A DNA stretch of 64,000 nt, from assembly GCA_963705105.1 (NCBI GenBank), contig CAVPIW010000006.1, forward strand, positions 32,001 to 96,000, in the 5' to 3' direction. Source of the stretch: an uncultured Nitrospiraceae bacterium (GTDB lineage Bacteria; Nitrospirota; Thermodesulfovibrionia; Thermodesulfovibrionales; Dissulfurispiraceae). Positions 44,689-55,922 of this stretch are shown one piece after another. A program made the translations under genes and the position numbers. Numbering within the stretch: position 1 is the first letter of the stretch; every line of letters begins with the position of its first letter. Under the pieces are notes generated by a model, which was given only the letters and a program-made list of their open reading frames with translations, had not been told where the DNA came from and ran no database searches.

Positions 44689-46832
44689 CTAAAACGCCAT
44701 GCCCTCGTCGTTCTCGCGCTTGCCCGTCGTGAGGTCCCTCCAGAAGCCATTGGTCTCCTCGATGACGTCAAGGGCGAACTGCCTCGGCTGGACCTTGTTG
44801 TTGTAGCTATGTTTGCGTTTTTTTTGTTTTGAGAGAGAGAGAGAGAGAGAAGGGGTGAGAGAGGCGAGAGGAGGAGCAGCGAGAGAAGGAGAGAGAAAGA
44901 AGAAAGAAAGAAAAAACGCGAACAAAGGAAGGAAATCCTTTCTGCTCTCACCCGAACTTGTTCTCGGGCTTGCCGTCGGGGATCTTGTAGTCGCGGAACC
45001 AGACGCGGATGCGCTCGAGCTCTCCCGGGAAGACGCTGAGGTGAAAGAGAGAGGGGGGGGTGGAACGAGGCGGAGAAAGTGAGTGAGAAAGCCAGAGAGA
45101 GAGAGAGAGAGAGAGAGAAGAAAATGAAAAGAATAAAGGGGAAAAGAAAAAAACGAAAATCCTTCTTCTTCTTACCGCTCGACGTCCTCGACGTCATTGA
45201 CCTCGGCGGCGCGCGGGTCGGCAGAGTTGATGCAGATTATCTTCATTTTTAGAAAGATTTTGGTTTTAATGACGAGATATTCGTCGTGAGCGCGAAGAAA
45301 TGAGGCGGAGAAAAAGGTTTTCGGCGGAAAAAAAAAGACCTCAAAAAATCGACAAAAGTTGACTTGATAATCTCTCACCTTCCAGTCGAGCTCGCCGTCG
45401 TCGATCATCGCCAGGACGCCGAGGGCCTTGACGGGCGTGACCGAACCCATGGCGCACTCAGCCTCGCCGATCTCGACGACGTCAACGGGGTCGTTGTCGC
45501 CCTGAAAGTGAAGAAAATTTCGAAAAAGACGAAGATGGAGTTTTTCGAGGAATTGTTATTTTTTTTCGTCCGGGTTTTTTCTCTCTCTTTTCTTTCGTCT
45601 CTCGCGTCCTCCTCCTCCACCCTCTCTCTCTCTCCCTCTCCACTTTCCCCCTCGGTATTGCAGAATTAAGTCAGTTTCGACTGAATTCGACGATCAGCCT
45701 CCCCGAAGGGGGGAGTCTCGAATATAAATGTGTGTGTGTTGTTTGCTCTCTTCAGCGGGGAAAAAGTCGCGTTCCGTTCCTCTCTCTCTCTCTCTCCGTT
45801 CTTCTCTCTCTCCGCCCGTCCCCCCTTTCCCTCCCCCTACCTTGACCTTGAGCTCGGGGTGTTCATGCGCCGGGTCCTCCCACGTCTGCGGCAGCAGTCC
45901 GTAGTTCCAGTTGATGTTGTACGGGTAGAACCTCAGGTTCCCCTTCTTGATGTCCTGCTTGATCGGGTTGCGCGCCTCGGTCGTCGCGACCTCCATCTTG
46001 GCGCTAGACTCCTTCGGGATCTCGCAGATGAAGTTGAGCGTGCCGTCGTCGTTCTTGAGGGGGACATCGTGCCACCATGAGATGGGCTTTCCCTTCTCCT
46101 CGGCGAAGATGCGGAAGTCGGTGGTGGAGCGCTTGCCCTGAGAGAGGGTTTTTGTTTGTTTGTTTGTTTTTTTGGGGGGGGGGCAAGAGGAGAGGGAAAA
46201 AGAGAGAGAGAGGTGGAGGAAAGGGGGGTCAGCGTCCTCTCGCTCTCTCTCTCTTCTCTGGGTTCTTGGCTAGCGGCCGCTCCTCTCTCTTTTCTCCTTT
46301 CCTCTGAGCCGCAAATGCTCCCTTCTCTCCCTCCTCTTTTCCTTTGCCTTCCTTACCTCTTCGACCTTGGCGTAAGAGCTGGTGTTGACGGCCGCGGCGC
46401 GGACGGAGACGACGGCGCGGCGGGGGGCGGAGACGGCCTGTTGATTGTGAATTCAGTTTCGTTCTTCGGCGTGAGCAAAAAAACAGGAAAAAGATATACG
46501 AAATCGACCGGGAAAACGGCCGAGGTCGCACGGACGAATCCGCGCATTTTTTCGGGTTCTGACCGCATCAGGACTCGGCGCTTGTCGACAACACATCCTA
46601 GGAACGCGAATGCGCGTGAAGCGTGCCCCGGAGAGGGAGAGCATGCCACGGAAATGGAGAGAGACAGCGAAGAGACGTCGACGGCAAAAGGAAGCAAAGC
46701 AGAACAGGCAGCTCTCGGTCCGTCCTCTCCCGCTGTCTCCCCCCTCTCCGCTGTCCTTCTCGCAGCTTGAAAACTCACCCTGGGCGCGAAGATAGCGCAG
46801 GGCATGCGCGCCATCATGGTCTTGGACAGCAT
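44689..46832 (-). CDS. Soluble inorganic pyrophosphatase (family I, plastid type), multi-exon
   Basis: ISWWHDVPL..FICEIPK..KMEVAT..NPIKQDIKKG.LRFYPYNINWNYGLLPQTWEDP, GDNDPVDVVEIG, LAMIDDGELDWK, WFRDYKIPDGKPENKFG. Confidence 0.96.
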
Positions 46833-47107
46833 CGTGAGCGAGAGTTAAGGTGGAGAAGAGAAGAGAAGAGAAGAGAAGAGAAGAGGAGATTGGTGTGAGA
46901 GCAGCTGGGCGGCGTTTCGATTATTTTTTTTCCTCGAAGGAGAGGCTCCTCTTCTCGAAGGCTCCTCCTGGCTCGAGCCAAAACTCATTTTGCTCTCTCC
47001 CGCTCTCTCGCTCCTCTGTCTCTCCTTCCTTCGCTCTTTTGCTCTCTCTCGTCTCCTTGTCCTCTCCATCTCTCCCTAGGCACGCAACATATTGCCTGGA
47101 TCCAACC

Positions 47108-49408
47108 ATGAGCAGGCTCGGCGGCGCCTGGACGCTGGCACGGTAAGAGAGGAGAGAGAGAGAGAGAGGAATCGTCGTCGCCCCTTTCCGTCGAAGGCAA
47201 TCGCAACGACCAACGCTCCTTTCTCACCTCTCTCTCTCCTTTCCCACCGAAAACTCGCGGCGCAAAAAACGCACACACAGTGAACAAGGCATGCTCGATC
47301 GTCTCGCCGCGGCAGGCGCCGGAGGGGGAGAGCCTCGCCAACGAGGTGGACCAGCTGCGGAGCCAGGTCCGTTTTTCGCTCTTTTTTTCAATGCCCGTTC
47401 TTTTTTTGTTTCGCCTTCGCTTTCGCTCTCTCTTTCTCTCTCTCTCTTTCATTTTCTCTCTCCACGAAGGGTTTGGGTTTTCTCAATGCGCACATGCAGA
47501 GATGGAGCATCTCGGTCTGATCTGGGGGGGGGAGGGGAAAGGAGAAACGGAGCTCTGAGGAGGAAGGGCGTGCTGCTCTCGCGCCTTCTCTCCGTCACGT
47601 CGGTTTTTTCTTTTTTTCTCCCAATCGATTCGACGTCGCCCTCCCCCCCCGTCGCTCTCTTCCAACACAAATCTCACCCTCACCGATAAACAAAACTCCA
47701 ACGACAGCTCGCCGCGGCCCGCGCCGACCTCGAGGCCGCCCGCCAGCGCGACGCCGAGCTCTGGGCCTACTGGCAGGAGCTCCGGGACTACGAGGACGAC
47801 ATCAGGAGGAGGCTCGACGAGGGCGAGGCCGCCTGGGCGGCGCAGCGGCGCGAGTGGGGCGCGGCGCCTGTCGAGCGCGGAGGGGGCGCGGGACGCCTCG
47901 GAGCGGGCGCGCGCCGCCGCGGCCGCGGAGGCCGCCGAGGCGCTCCGGGCCAAGGCCGAGGCCGAGGACGCCGCGGCCGACGCCAGGAGGGACGCGGCGG
48001 CCTCGGAGGCCTCGTGCGCCGCCGCGCTGGCCGAGGCGCGGCGCGGCGCCGAGAGGGAGCGGCGGCTGCGGTCCGACGCGGCCGCGGCCGCCGCTGCGCA
48101 GCGGGAGGCGGAGCAGGCGCGCGACGCGGCGGTGGCGGCCGCGGCGAGGGCGCGCGACGACGCCGCGGGCGCGCGCGTGGAGGCGGCGGCGGCGGGCGAA
48201 AAGGCGGCGGCGGCCGCCGAGACGCGCGAGGCCTCGAGGGCGGACGCGAGGGCCGCGAGGGCCGAGGCCGCCGCGGCGGCGTCGGACGCCGCGTCGTGGA
48301 GGCGGCGGGCCGAGGTGGCCGCGGCCAAGGCCGAGGCCGCGGAGGCGAGGGCCGAGGCCGCAGAGAGGCTGCTGAGGGAGGGCGGCAGGAACGACGCGCC
48401 GCGGCGCACGCGGCGGCGGCGAAGCAGGCGGCAGCGGCGGCGAGCGGAAGGAAAGCCGCCGACGACGGGGACGCCTTCCCTCCCGCCGCCGCGGGCGCTG
48501 CTGCCGCCAGATCTCGGGGAGGAGGGGCCGCGGAGGCGACCCCTGCCGCCGCCGCCGCCTCCTCCCCCTCGCGCCGCTCTGGCCGGCGCGCCCAGCCCCC
48601 GCCGCCCCGGGGGCCGGGCCTCGGTCCCGGCGCGGCCGCCGCCGCGGCGGCGCAGCAGGAGCAGCAGCCCAGGGCCCCTTCCCGCACCCCGGGCTCGGCG
48701 CTCTTCGCCACCGCCACGGCGACGGCGGGAAGGATCGGGAGGTTCCTGTCGCGGAGGCCGACCGTCGGCGGGGAAGGGGAGCAGGGCGGGGAAGGGGAGG
48801 GAGGCGGGCGAGGCGAGGGGGAGGGAGGCGGCGGGCGGCGGGGCGAGAGGCCCGGGGCCTGGGGAGCGGTCGCCCCGCTCGAGGCCGCCCTGAAGGCCGC
48901 CGTCGCAGCTCCGCTCCCTGGAAGACGACGACGAGATGTCCCCGGAGGTCGCGGCGGCGCCAAAGGCGGGCAGGCCGAAGAAGAGGGCCTCGGCGCCGAC
49001 CGCGGCCTCGAGCAAGAAGAAGGCGACGGCGGCGGCGGCGAGGAAAGCGACGGCGGCGGCAACGAGGAAGACCGTCTCCACGAGCGGCGCCGCAACTGCT
49101 GGCGCCTCTGCCCCCCAACGCGCGCGACGAAAAGGTCGACGACGACGCCTGCCTCCAAGAAGGCTGCTGCTGCCGCCCCTGCTGCGGCGGCGGCGGCGAA
49201 AAAGCCGACGGCGGCGAAGAAGCGCAGCGCTCCCTCTGCCGCCGACGACGGCGGCGGCGCCCCCCCGGCGACGGCAAAGAGGGCGCGGAGCTCAGCCGCC
49301 GCCGCTGCTGCTGCTTCCAAGAAGGAGAGGAAGCCCTCGTCCGCGCCTTTTGCTGCCGCCGCCGCTTCGCCCGTGCGGAGGTCGAGCAGGACAGCAGCCG
49401 CGCATTGA
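47108..49408 (+). CDS. Hypothetical Ala/Glu/Arg-rich coiled-coil protein with basic C-terminus
   Basis: Short exons MSRLGGAWTLAR and ..ESLANEVDQLRSQ, then ELWAYWQELRDYEDDIRRRLDEGE and long heptad-like AEA/ARD runs. No family recognised. Confidence 0.5.
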
Positions 49409-49540
49409 AGAGAAGAAACGGACTTTTTTGGTTGTGTTTGGGAAGAGAAAAGAAAGAGAGAGGGAGAGAGGGAAAGAGAAAGTGCAACACCAGAAGAAAA
49501 AAAATGAAAGAAATGTTTCGCTCGGTTTTTTTTACATTCT

Positions 49541-50953
49541 TCAAAACGACGGCACGAAGCCCTGGTCGTCGCCTTCCTCTGCTTCCTCGCCCCCGAGGCC
49601 GCCTCCCTCCCTCTCGAGCTCCCTCCGGGCCGCCGCGGCGCCGAGCGCCACGCCAGCGCTCGCGGCCGCGGCCGCCGCCCAGAGCAGCGCGGGGCCGGGG
49701 CCCGGGCCGCCCGACGGCGAGGCCGAGGTCCTCCAGAGCGACAGGCTGGGAACGCCCCCCTCCCAGCTCGACTCGGCCCAGAGGGGCTCCCGCGGCCAGC
49801 CCAGCGAGCGCCGCCAGGCGTCCGCCGCGGCCGCGGCCGGGAGCGGGGGGGGGGAGGGGGTCGAGTCTGGTTCTCGGCCGGTCGCTTTCGGGTCTCCGGG
49901 AGCGCGTGCCAGTTGCCGTAGTTCTCGGCGCCGTCGCAACCCGAGCACTCTATGTTCAGCGGATAGGCCGCGACGAAGGCGACCGAGGCCCTGACGCAGG
50001 AAAGAGGAGGAGGGTCCGAAGGAGAGGAAGAGGAGGAGGAGAGTCGAGGAGGAGCGGGCGCAGACGGTGCCGGCGGGGCAGCTCCCGCCGCCGCCCCTCT
50101 CGCACGGGGGCTCCTTCCTCTCCTCCCCCTTCCTCCCTCGTCGCCCCCGCCAGAAACTCCCACAGGAGCCTCGCGTACGGCGTCTTGGTCAGAGGGTCGA
50201 AGGCCTGCGGGTCCGCCGAGAGCGTCGGCAGGGGGCCCGCGTGGTGCGGCGTGCCGGAGCCGGCGAGCGCCGCGGCGTGCGCCTCGGCGGCGCCGCGCTC
50301 GCCCAGCAGCTCGAGCGTCAGCCGGCAGGGGCCGCCCCCTCGCCCCCGCCCGCCGCCCCTCGCTCCGCCGCCGCTCGCTCCGCCGCCTCCTGCGAGCCCC
50401 GCCTCCCTGGCCACGAGGCAGGAGATGAGGTCGAGGACGCGCGGGAGCACTGCCTCCGCCGAGAGGAAGGGAGGAGCGGAGGAAGCGCTCGAGGAGGAGG
50501 AGGAGGGGGCGTTTGAGGGCGAGAGCGCGAGGAACTCGGCCGGGGCGCCGGCGCCGGCCGCGGCCGCCCTCGCGGCGACGGCCGCCGCGGCCGCGACGGC
50601 CCGCGGGTCCAGCCTCCTCGCGTCGTCCCACCGCGACGAGGCGTGGGGGCCTCCCAGCGAGCCCTCATGCGCCGAGAGCAGCGCGGACGCGACGTCCGGG
50701 GCGGCGGCGGCCCAGGCCCACAGCGACCCCGGGGGGGGCCGCCGGGCCCGCCGGCGGCGGCGGGAGCCGCGAGGACGACGCGCGACGGCGCCGACGGCGA
50801 CGAGGAGTTGAGCAGCAGCGCCGCGGCGGGGCCCTCCCTCGAGCCCGCGGTCGTCCCCGGGTGCGCGAACAGGAGCGGCGGCGGCGAGGGTTCCCCGGAG
50901 CCGTTCGTCGGAGGGGAGGGAGCGTCCCCGACGGCGCCGAGCTCGATGAGCCA
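49541..50953 (-). CDS. Nicastrin (gamma-secretase subunit), C-terminal part only; cut at the junction
   Basis: PPGSLWAW..ALLSAHEG..SSRWDDARRL (cf. PPSSL..YHSHLDD), VLDLISCL, CPAGTVC, CVRASVAFVAAY, PLWAESSW (cf. PVWTESNW), then a single TM helix and short tail. Confidence 0.72.
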
Positions 50954-50954
50954 A
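50953..50954. other. Alga/bacterium junction
   Basis: Algal nicastrin exon (- strand) abuts ATC CCC GTG CTC TTC ATG (IPVLFMGG) from the middle of an RND permease (+ strand). Confidence 0.9.
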
Positions 50955-52765
50955 TCCCCGTGCTCTTCATGGGCGGCATCCTGGGAAGGCTCCTCAACGA
51001 GTTCGCAATCACCATAGGCATGGCGATCCTCGTGTCGGGCGTCGTCTCCCTGAGCCTGACGCCCATGCTCTGCAGCCGCTACCTGAAGCCACCGCAGCCG
51101 GAGCGCCACGGGCGGTTTTACATGGCCCTTGAAGGGGCCTTCCAGGCGATGCTCAGGGCTTACGACGTCAGTCTCAAGGCCGTTCTGAGGCACAAGTTTG
51201 TGGTGCTGATGCTGTCGGCCCTTCTCATGGCCGTCACCGTCTATCTTTTCTGGATTATGCCGCTGGGGTTCCTGCCGAGCGAGGACACGGGCTCCATTTT
51301 CTCATTTACCGAGGCCCAGCAGGGGATCTCCTTCGAGTCCATGGTCAAGCACCAGCAGGCCCTGGCAAACATCGTCCATGACGATCCGAACGTCAGCGCC
51401 TTCATGTCGAGCGTCGGCGCCGGCGGTGCCAATATCTCGGGGAACACGGGTCGCATTTTCATGATCCTGAAGCCGCATGGGGAGAGGGAACTGAACTCCG
51501 ACCAGATCATCCAGAAGTTGCGGCCCAGGCTGTCGGAGGTGCCGGGCATCCAGATCTTCATGCAGAACCTGCCGCCCATCCGGATCGGCGGCAGGCTGAC
51601 GAAGAGCCAATACCAGTTCACGCTCCAGAGCCCCGACACGGAAGATCTGTATAAACACGCGACGGTCCTGGAGGCGAAAATGAAGGCCCTGCCGGAGCTG
51701 CAGGACGTGACGAGCGACCTCCAGGTCAAGAACCCCCAGCTGAACGTTGAGATCGACCGCGATCAGGCCTCGGCCCTTGGGGTGACGGCCCACCAGATCG
51801 AGGACGCCCTCTATACGGCCTACGGCTCCCGCCAGATCTCGACGATCTATGCGCCCAACAACCAGTACCGCGTCATCATGGAACTGGAGCCGAGGTACCA
51901 GAGGGACCCCGCGGCCCTGTCCCAGATGTACATCAGGTCGTCGGCGGGGCAGCTCATCCCTCTCTATTCCGTCGCGAAGATCACCACGGGCGTGGGGCCC
52001 ATGACGGTGAACCACCAGGGCCAGCTCCCGGCCGTCACCATCTCCTTCAATCTCAAGGAGGGGGTCTTTCTCAGCCAGGCCGTCGATGTCGTCGAGAAGC
52101 TCGCGAAGTCCACGCTTCCGGCAACGGTCAGTACGAGCTTCCAGGGCACGGCCCAGGCCTTTCAGGAATCGACGAAGGGTCTCTGGCTCCTCCTGCTCAT
52201 GGCGATCCTCGTGATCTATCTCGTCCTCGGCATTCTTTACGAGAGCTTCATCCATCCCCTGACCATCCTGTCGGGCCTGCCCTCGGCAGGGTTCGGGGCC
52301 CTCCTGACCCTCATGATATTTCACAAGGACCTGAATATCTACGCCTTCGTGGGCGTCATCATGCTCGTGGGTATTGTGAAGAAGAACGCCATAATGATGA
52401 TCGATTTCGCCCTTGACACACAGAGGAAGGGAGGGATCAGCGCTGCCGAGGCGATTTACGAGGGATGCATCATCAGGTTCAGGCCCATCATGATGACGAC
52501 CATGGCCGCCCTCATGGGCACCCTGCCCATCGCCCTCGGGTTCGGTGCGGGCGCCGATGCCCGCAGGCCCCTCGGGCTCGCCGTCGTGGGCGGTCTGCTT
52601 TTCTCCCAGGTGCTGACGCTTTACATCACACCGGTCGTGTATATCTATCTCGATGCCCTCCAGAAAAAGCTGAGGAGAAAAAAGGAGAGCACCGGGATGA
52701 AAGATCATGCAGGAAAAACGGAGGAGGATTTCCTGAATGGAAGAACAGAAACAGGACAACAATAA
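50954..52765 (+). CDS. RND efflux permease (AcrB/MdtB/MdtC-like), 5'-truncated
   Basis: IPVLFMGGILGRLLNEFAITI..SLSLTPMLCS, GFLPSEDTG, VNHQGQLPAVTISFNL, LGILYESFIHPLTILSGLP, GIVKKNAIMMIDFA, RFRPIMMTT. Confidence 0.95.
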   Translation: MPVLFMGGILGRLLNEFAITIGMAILVSGVVSLSLTPMLCSRYLKPPQPERHGRFYMALEGAFQAMLRAYDVSLKAVLRHKFVVLMLSALLMAVTVYLFWIMPLGFLPSEDTGSIFSFTEAQQGISFESMVKHQQALANIVHDDPNVSAFMSSVGAGGANISGNTGRIFMILKPHGERELNSDQIIQKLRPRLSEVPGIQIFMQNLPPIRIGGRLTKSQYQFTLQSPDTEDLYKHATVLEAKMKALPELQDVTSDLQVKNPQLNVEIDRDQASALGVTAHQIEDALYTAYGSRQISTIYAPNNQYRVIMELEPRYQRDPAALSQMYIRSSAGQLIPLYSVAKITTGVGPMTVNHQGQLPAVTISFNLKEGVFLSQAVDVVEKLAKSTLPATVSTSFQGTAQAFQESTKGLWLLLLMAILVIYLVLGILYESFIHPLTILSGLPSAGFGALLTLMIFHKDLNIYAFVGVIMLVGIVKKNAIMMIDFALDTQRKGGISAAEAIYEGCIIRFRPIMMTTMAALMGTLPIALGFGAGADARRPLGLAVVGGLLFSQVLTLYITPVVYIYLDALQKKLRRKKESTGMKDHAGKTEEDFLNGRTETGQQ

Positions 52766-53825
52766 GCGGAAGAAAGCGGCCGTTGTCGTCTTCGCCGTCA
52801 TGACCGTCATCGGCGCCGTGACCCTCTTCTTCTATCTCCGGTACAAGGCGACGCATATCACGACGGACGACGCCTTCGTGGAGGGACACATCCATACCGT
52901 CGCCTCCAAGGTCCCGGGGACGGTGAAATCCGTGCTCGTCAGGGACAACCAGTTCGTGAAAAAGGGCGACCTCCTCGTCGAGATCGACCCTGTCGACTAT
53001 GACGTCAGGGTGAAGGAGGCCGATGCTGCGCTCCATGCAGAGAAGGCGAGACTCGGCGAGATCGAGGCGAGGGTCGAGGCGGCGCAAAGGCAAATGACGG
53101 AGCTCAGGGCGGCCGCTGAATCGGCGCGGGCGAACCACCAGCTCCAGGAGGCCCTGCTGGCGCAGGCCGAGAGGGACATGAGGCGGGCGGAAAACCTCTT
53201 TGCCAGGGAGGCGATCTCGAAGGAAAGGCACGAAAAGGCCCTCACGGATTATCAGGTCGCTTATGCACGTCTCAAAGCCTCTGCAGAGCAGCTGAAACAG
53301 GCCGAAAAGGCGATGGAGACACAAAAGGCGGTGATCAGGCAGAACGAGTCCCTGCTGCCACCCCAGCAGTCGTCGGTGAAACTGAGAGAGGCGTCCATGA
53401 CAGGCGCTCGTCTCAATTTCGGATACACACGCATCTATGCGCCTTCGGACGGCCATGTCACGAGAAAATCCGTGGAAGCGGGCAACCAGATCCAGTCGGG
53501 ACAGCCGCTCATGGCAGTCGTCCCGCTCGACGATGTCTGGGTCGTCGCGAACTACAAGGAGACGCAGATCGAGAAGGTCAAACCGGGGCAGAAGGTGCAG
53601 ATCAGGGTCGACACCTATGGCGGCAAAGAGTTCTCCGGAAAGGTCGACAGCATCATGGCGGGAACCGGCGCCGTCTTCTCGCTCTTCCCGCCGGAGAATG
53701 CGACGGGCAACTATGTCAAGGTCGTCCAGAGGATACCGCTGAAGATCGTTCTTGACAAGGACACTGACCGCGACCATGTCCTGCGTGTCGGCATGTCCGT
53801 CGTCCCGACTATCCTCATCGACTGA
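52737..53825 (+). CDS. EmrA/HlyD-family membrane fusion protein
   Basis: N-terminal TM, TDDAFVEG, KKGDLLVEIDP, IYAPSDG, ANYKETQI, FSLFPPENATGNYVKVVQRIP. Confidence 0.95.
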   Translation: MEEQKQDNNKRKKAAVVVFAVMTVIGAVTLFFYLRYKATHITTDDAFVEGHIHTVASKVPGTVKSVLVRDNQFVKKGDLLVEIDPVDYDVRVKEADAALHAEKARLGEIEARVEAAQRQMTELRAAAESARANHQLQEALLAQAERDMRRAENLFAREAISKERHEKALTDYQVAYARLKASAEQLKQAEKAMETQKAVIRQNESLLPPQQSSVKLREASMTGARLNFGYTRIYAPSDGHVTRKSVEAGNQIQSGQPLMAVVPLDDVWVVANYKETQIEKVKPGQKVQIRVDTYGGKEFSGKVDSIMAGTGAVFSLFPPENATGNYVKVVQRIPLKIVLDKDTDRDHVLRVGMSVVPTILID

Positions 53826-55354
53826 TGAACAAGTGGCTCATCGCCTTCACGGTCATGCTGCCCACGCTCATCGAGATCGTGGACACATCGGTCGTGAACG
53901 TCTCCCTCGACCACATTCGGGGAAGCCTCTCGGCGGGCATCGACGAGTCGACATGGACGATCACCTCGTACCTCGTCTCGAACGCGATCATCATTCCCAT
54001 GACGGGCTGGCTCAGCAGGTTCTTCGGGAGAAGGCGCTATCTCATCCTCTCCATAACGGTCTTCACCATCAGCTCTCTCTTCTGCGGCTTCGCCTGGAGC
54101 CTCGAGAGCCTCGTCCTCTTCCGGGTGCTCCAGGGCATCGGCGGAGGCGCGCTCCAGCCCATCTCGCAGTCCATCCTCCTGGAGACCTTTCCGCCCCGGC
54201 AGCACGGGATGGCCATGGCTGTTTTCGGCATCGGCATCATGTTCGGCCCTATCATCGGCCCCCTCCTGGGAGGCTGGATCACCGACAACTGGTCATGGCA
54301 CTGGATCTTCTTCATTAACATCCCCATCGGCATCGTTTCCATCGTCCTGGCTTTGCTTTTCATCGTCGACCCGCCCTATATGACGCGGCAGAAGCTGAAA
54401 ATCGACTATTGGGGGCTGGCTCTTCTCGCCCTCGGCCTCGGCTGCCTCCAGATCGTTCTCGACAAGGGACAGATGGAGGACTGGTTCTCGTCGGGTTTCA
54501 TCACCTCGCTGACGATCATATCGGTCCTCGCGCTGAGCCTTTTCGTCCTCGTCGAGCTCTTTGCGGAGCATCCCGTCGTGAACCTGAGGGTCTTCAGGAA
54601 CCTCACCTTCACTTCCGGCAACGCCATCATGTTCTTCGCCTTCTTCAACCTCTTCGGGAGCATCGTTCTGCTGCCCATTTACCTCCAGAGCCTCATGGGA
54701 TACACGTCGACTCTCGCCGGGATGGTGCTCGGCCCGGGCGGATTTGCGACTCTCTTTGCGATGCCCGTGGCGGGGAGGCTGGTGACGCGAATGAACCCGA
54801 AGATCCTCCTGGCGTCGGGTATCGTCATTGCGGCCTACTCGACGTACCTCATGTCCCTCTTCAATCTGCAGGCCGATTACTCGACTGTCATCTGGCCGAG
54901 AGTGGTCCTGGGTGTCGGCATGGGGTTCCTCTTCATCCCCCTGACGACACTCACAATGTCCGGCATCAGGCGCGAAGAGATGGGCAATGCGACGGCGGTC
55001 TACAACCTGCTGCGCAACCTCGGCGGAAGCTTCGGCGTCGCCTTTGTGACGACGATGCTGACACGGCGCTCCCAGATGCACCAGACGAATCTCGTTGCGA
55101 ACCTGACGCCCTTCGATACGGCATATCAGGCTGCGTCGGAGCAGACGTCGCAGCTCATGCAGATGAAGGGACTTCCGGCTCCGCTGGCGGACCAGGCCGG
55201 CCTCGGCGTCATTTACAGGGAACTGCAGAGGCAGGCGTCGGTCCTCTCCTTCAACGATGCGTTCCTGGCGATCAGTGTCATGCTCGTCTGCATTCTCCCC
55301 CTCGTCCTGCTGATGCGCAGGGGAAGAGGGCAGGCGCCGGCAGGGATGCACTGA
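53825..55354 (+). CDS. EmrB/QacA-family DHA2 MFS efflux permease
   Basis: DTSVVNVSL, WTITSYL, GWLSRFFGRRR, FRVLQGIGGG, GPLLGGWITDNWSWHWIFFINIPIG. TGATG overlap with the upstream gene. Confidence 0.96.
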   Translation: MNKWLIAFTVMLPTLIEIVDTSVVNVSLDHIRGSLSAGIDESTWTITSYLVSNAIIIPMTGWLSRFFGRRRYLILSITVFTISSLFCGFAWSLESLVLFRVLQGIGGGALQPISQSILLETFPPRQHGMAMAVFGIGIMFGPIIGPLLGGWITDNWSWHWIFFINIPIGIVSIVLALLFIVDPPYMTRQKLKIDYWGLALLALGLGCLQIVLDKGQMEDWFSSGFITSLTIISVLALSLFVLVELFAEHPVVNLRVFRNLTFTSGNAIMFFAFFNLFGSIVLLPIYLQSLMGYTSTLAGMVLGPGGFATLFAMPVAGRLVTRMNPKILLASGIVIAAYSTYLMSLFNLQADYSTVIWPRVVLGVGMGFLFIPLTTLTMSGIRREEMGNATAVYNLLRNLGGSFGVAFVTTMLTRRSQMHQTNLVANLTPFDTAYQAASEQTSQLMQMKGLPAPLADQAGLGVIYRELQRQASVLSFNDAFLAISVMLVCILPLVLLMRRGRGQAPAGMH

Positions 55355-55374
55355 GCATATCGCATAATTGCAAA

Positions 55375-55544
55375 GAAAGGCGGGGCGAAGCGCCTCAAAG
55401 CCTGCTGATAGCGAGCATGATCATTTATTATTGGATATTCAGGTTCCATCCTTTGAGTAATCGACCGTCTGCCTGACATGATCCCCATGGGAAGGCAAAG
55501 GTTTCTCAGCACCAGGACTTTTCGGCGCATACACCCCGCCTTTC
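55375..55544 (+). repeat. Dispersed inverted-repeat-bounded element, copy A
   Basis: GAAAGGCGGGG...CCCCGCCTTTC ends; interior homologous to copy B. Confidence 0.85.
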
Positions 55545-55651
55545 CAGGGGGCTCATGCACGATAACTCCTGTTCGAAATAGCATGTGGCGAATTCCGTAA
55601 AACGAGGACAGGGTATGGTTTCTGAAGCAAAATTCACGGTTGCCTTGCGCG

Positions 55652-55823
55652 AAAAGACGGGGCAAAACGCCTCAAAGCCTCGCTGATAGCGAGCATGATT
55701 GTTTATTATTGGTGTATCAGGAATTCATTCTTGGTGTCATCGATCGTTGGTCTGCAATGGTCTGCACGGGAAGGCAGAGGTTTCGCAGCACCGATGCTTT
55801 TCTGCGCATTCGCCCCGTCTTTC
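55652..55823 (+). repeat. Dispersed inverted-repeat-bounded element, copy B
   Basis: AAAGACGGGG...CCCCGTCTTT ends, a compensatory change relative to copy A. Confidence 0.85.
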
Positions 55824-55908
55824 CTGAGATCTCATTGCGGTGATAAGGGTTTATTTTGCGAAGAAATCATACCCTGTCCTCGTGTCGGCTCAATTTGAAT
55901 ACCGATGA

Positions 55909-55917
55909 TGATATAAT
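55909..55917 (+). promoter_or_regulatory. Putative extended -10 promoter (TGnTATAAT), 5 nt upstream of the ATG
   Basis: tgATATAATtcattATG; no Shine-Dalgarno sequence in between. Confidence 0.55.
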
Positions 55918-55922
55918 TCATT

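Noticed and set aside
44620..44740. Short echo (cgttctcgcgcttgc...gaggtc) of the PPase last exon in its 3' flank
   Set aside because: Only about 15 nt match exactly, too short to distinguish a duplication relic from chance.
50513..52765. 750-aa ORF read as an alga-bacterium fusion protein
   Set aside because: The first 147 codons are the stop-free antisense of the GC-rich nicastrin exon. RND similarity starts only at 50954.
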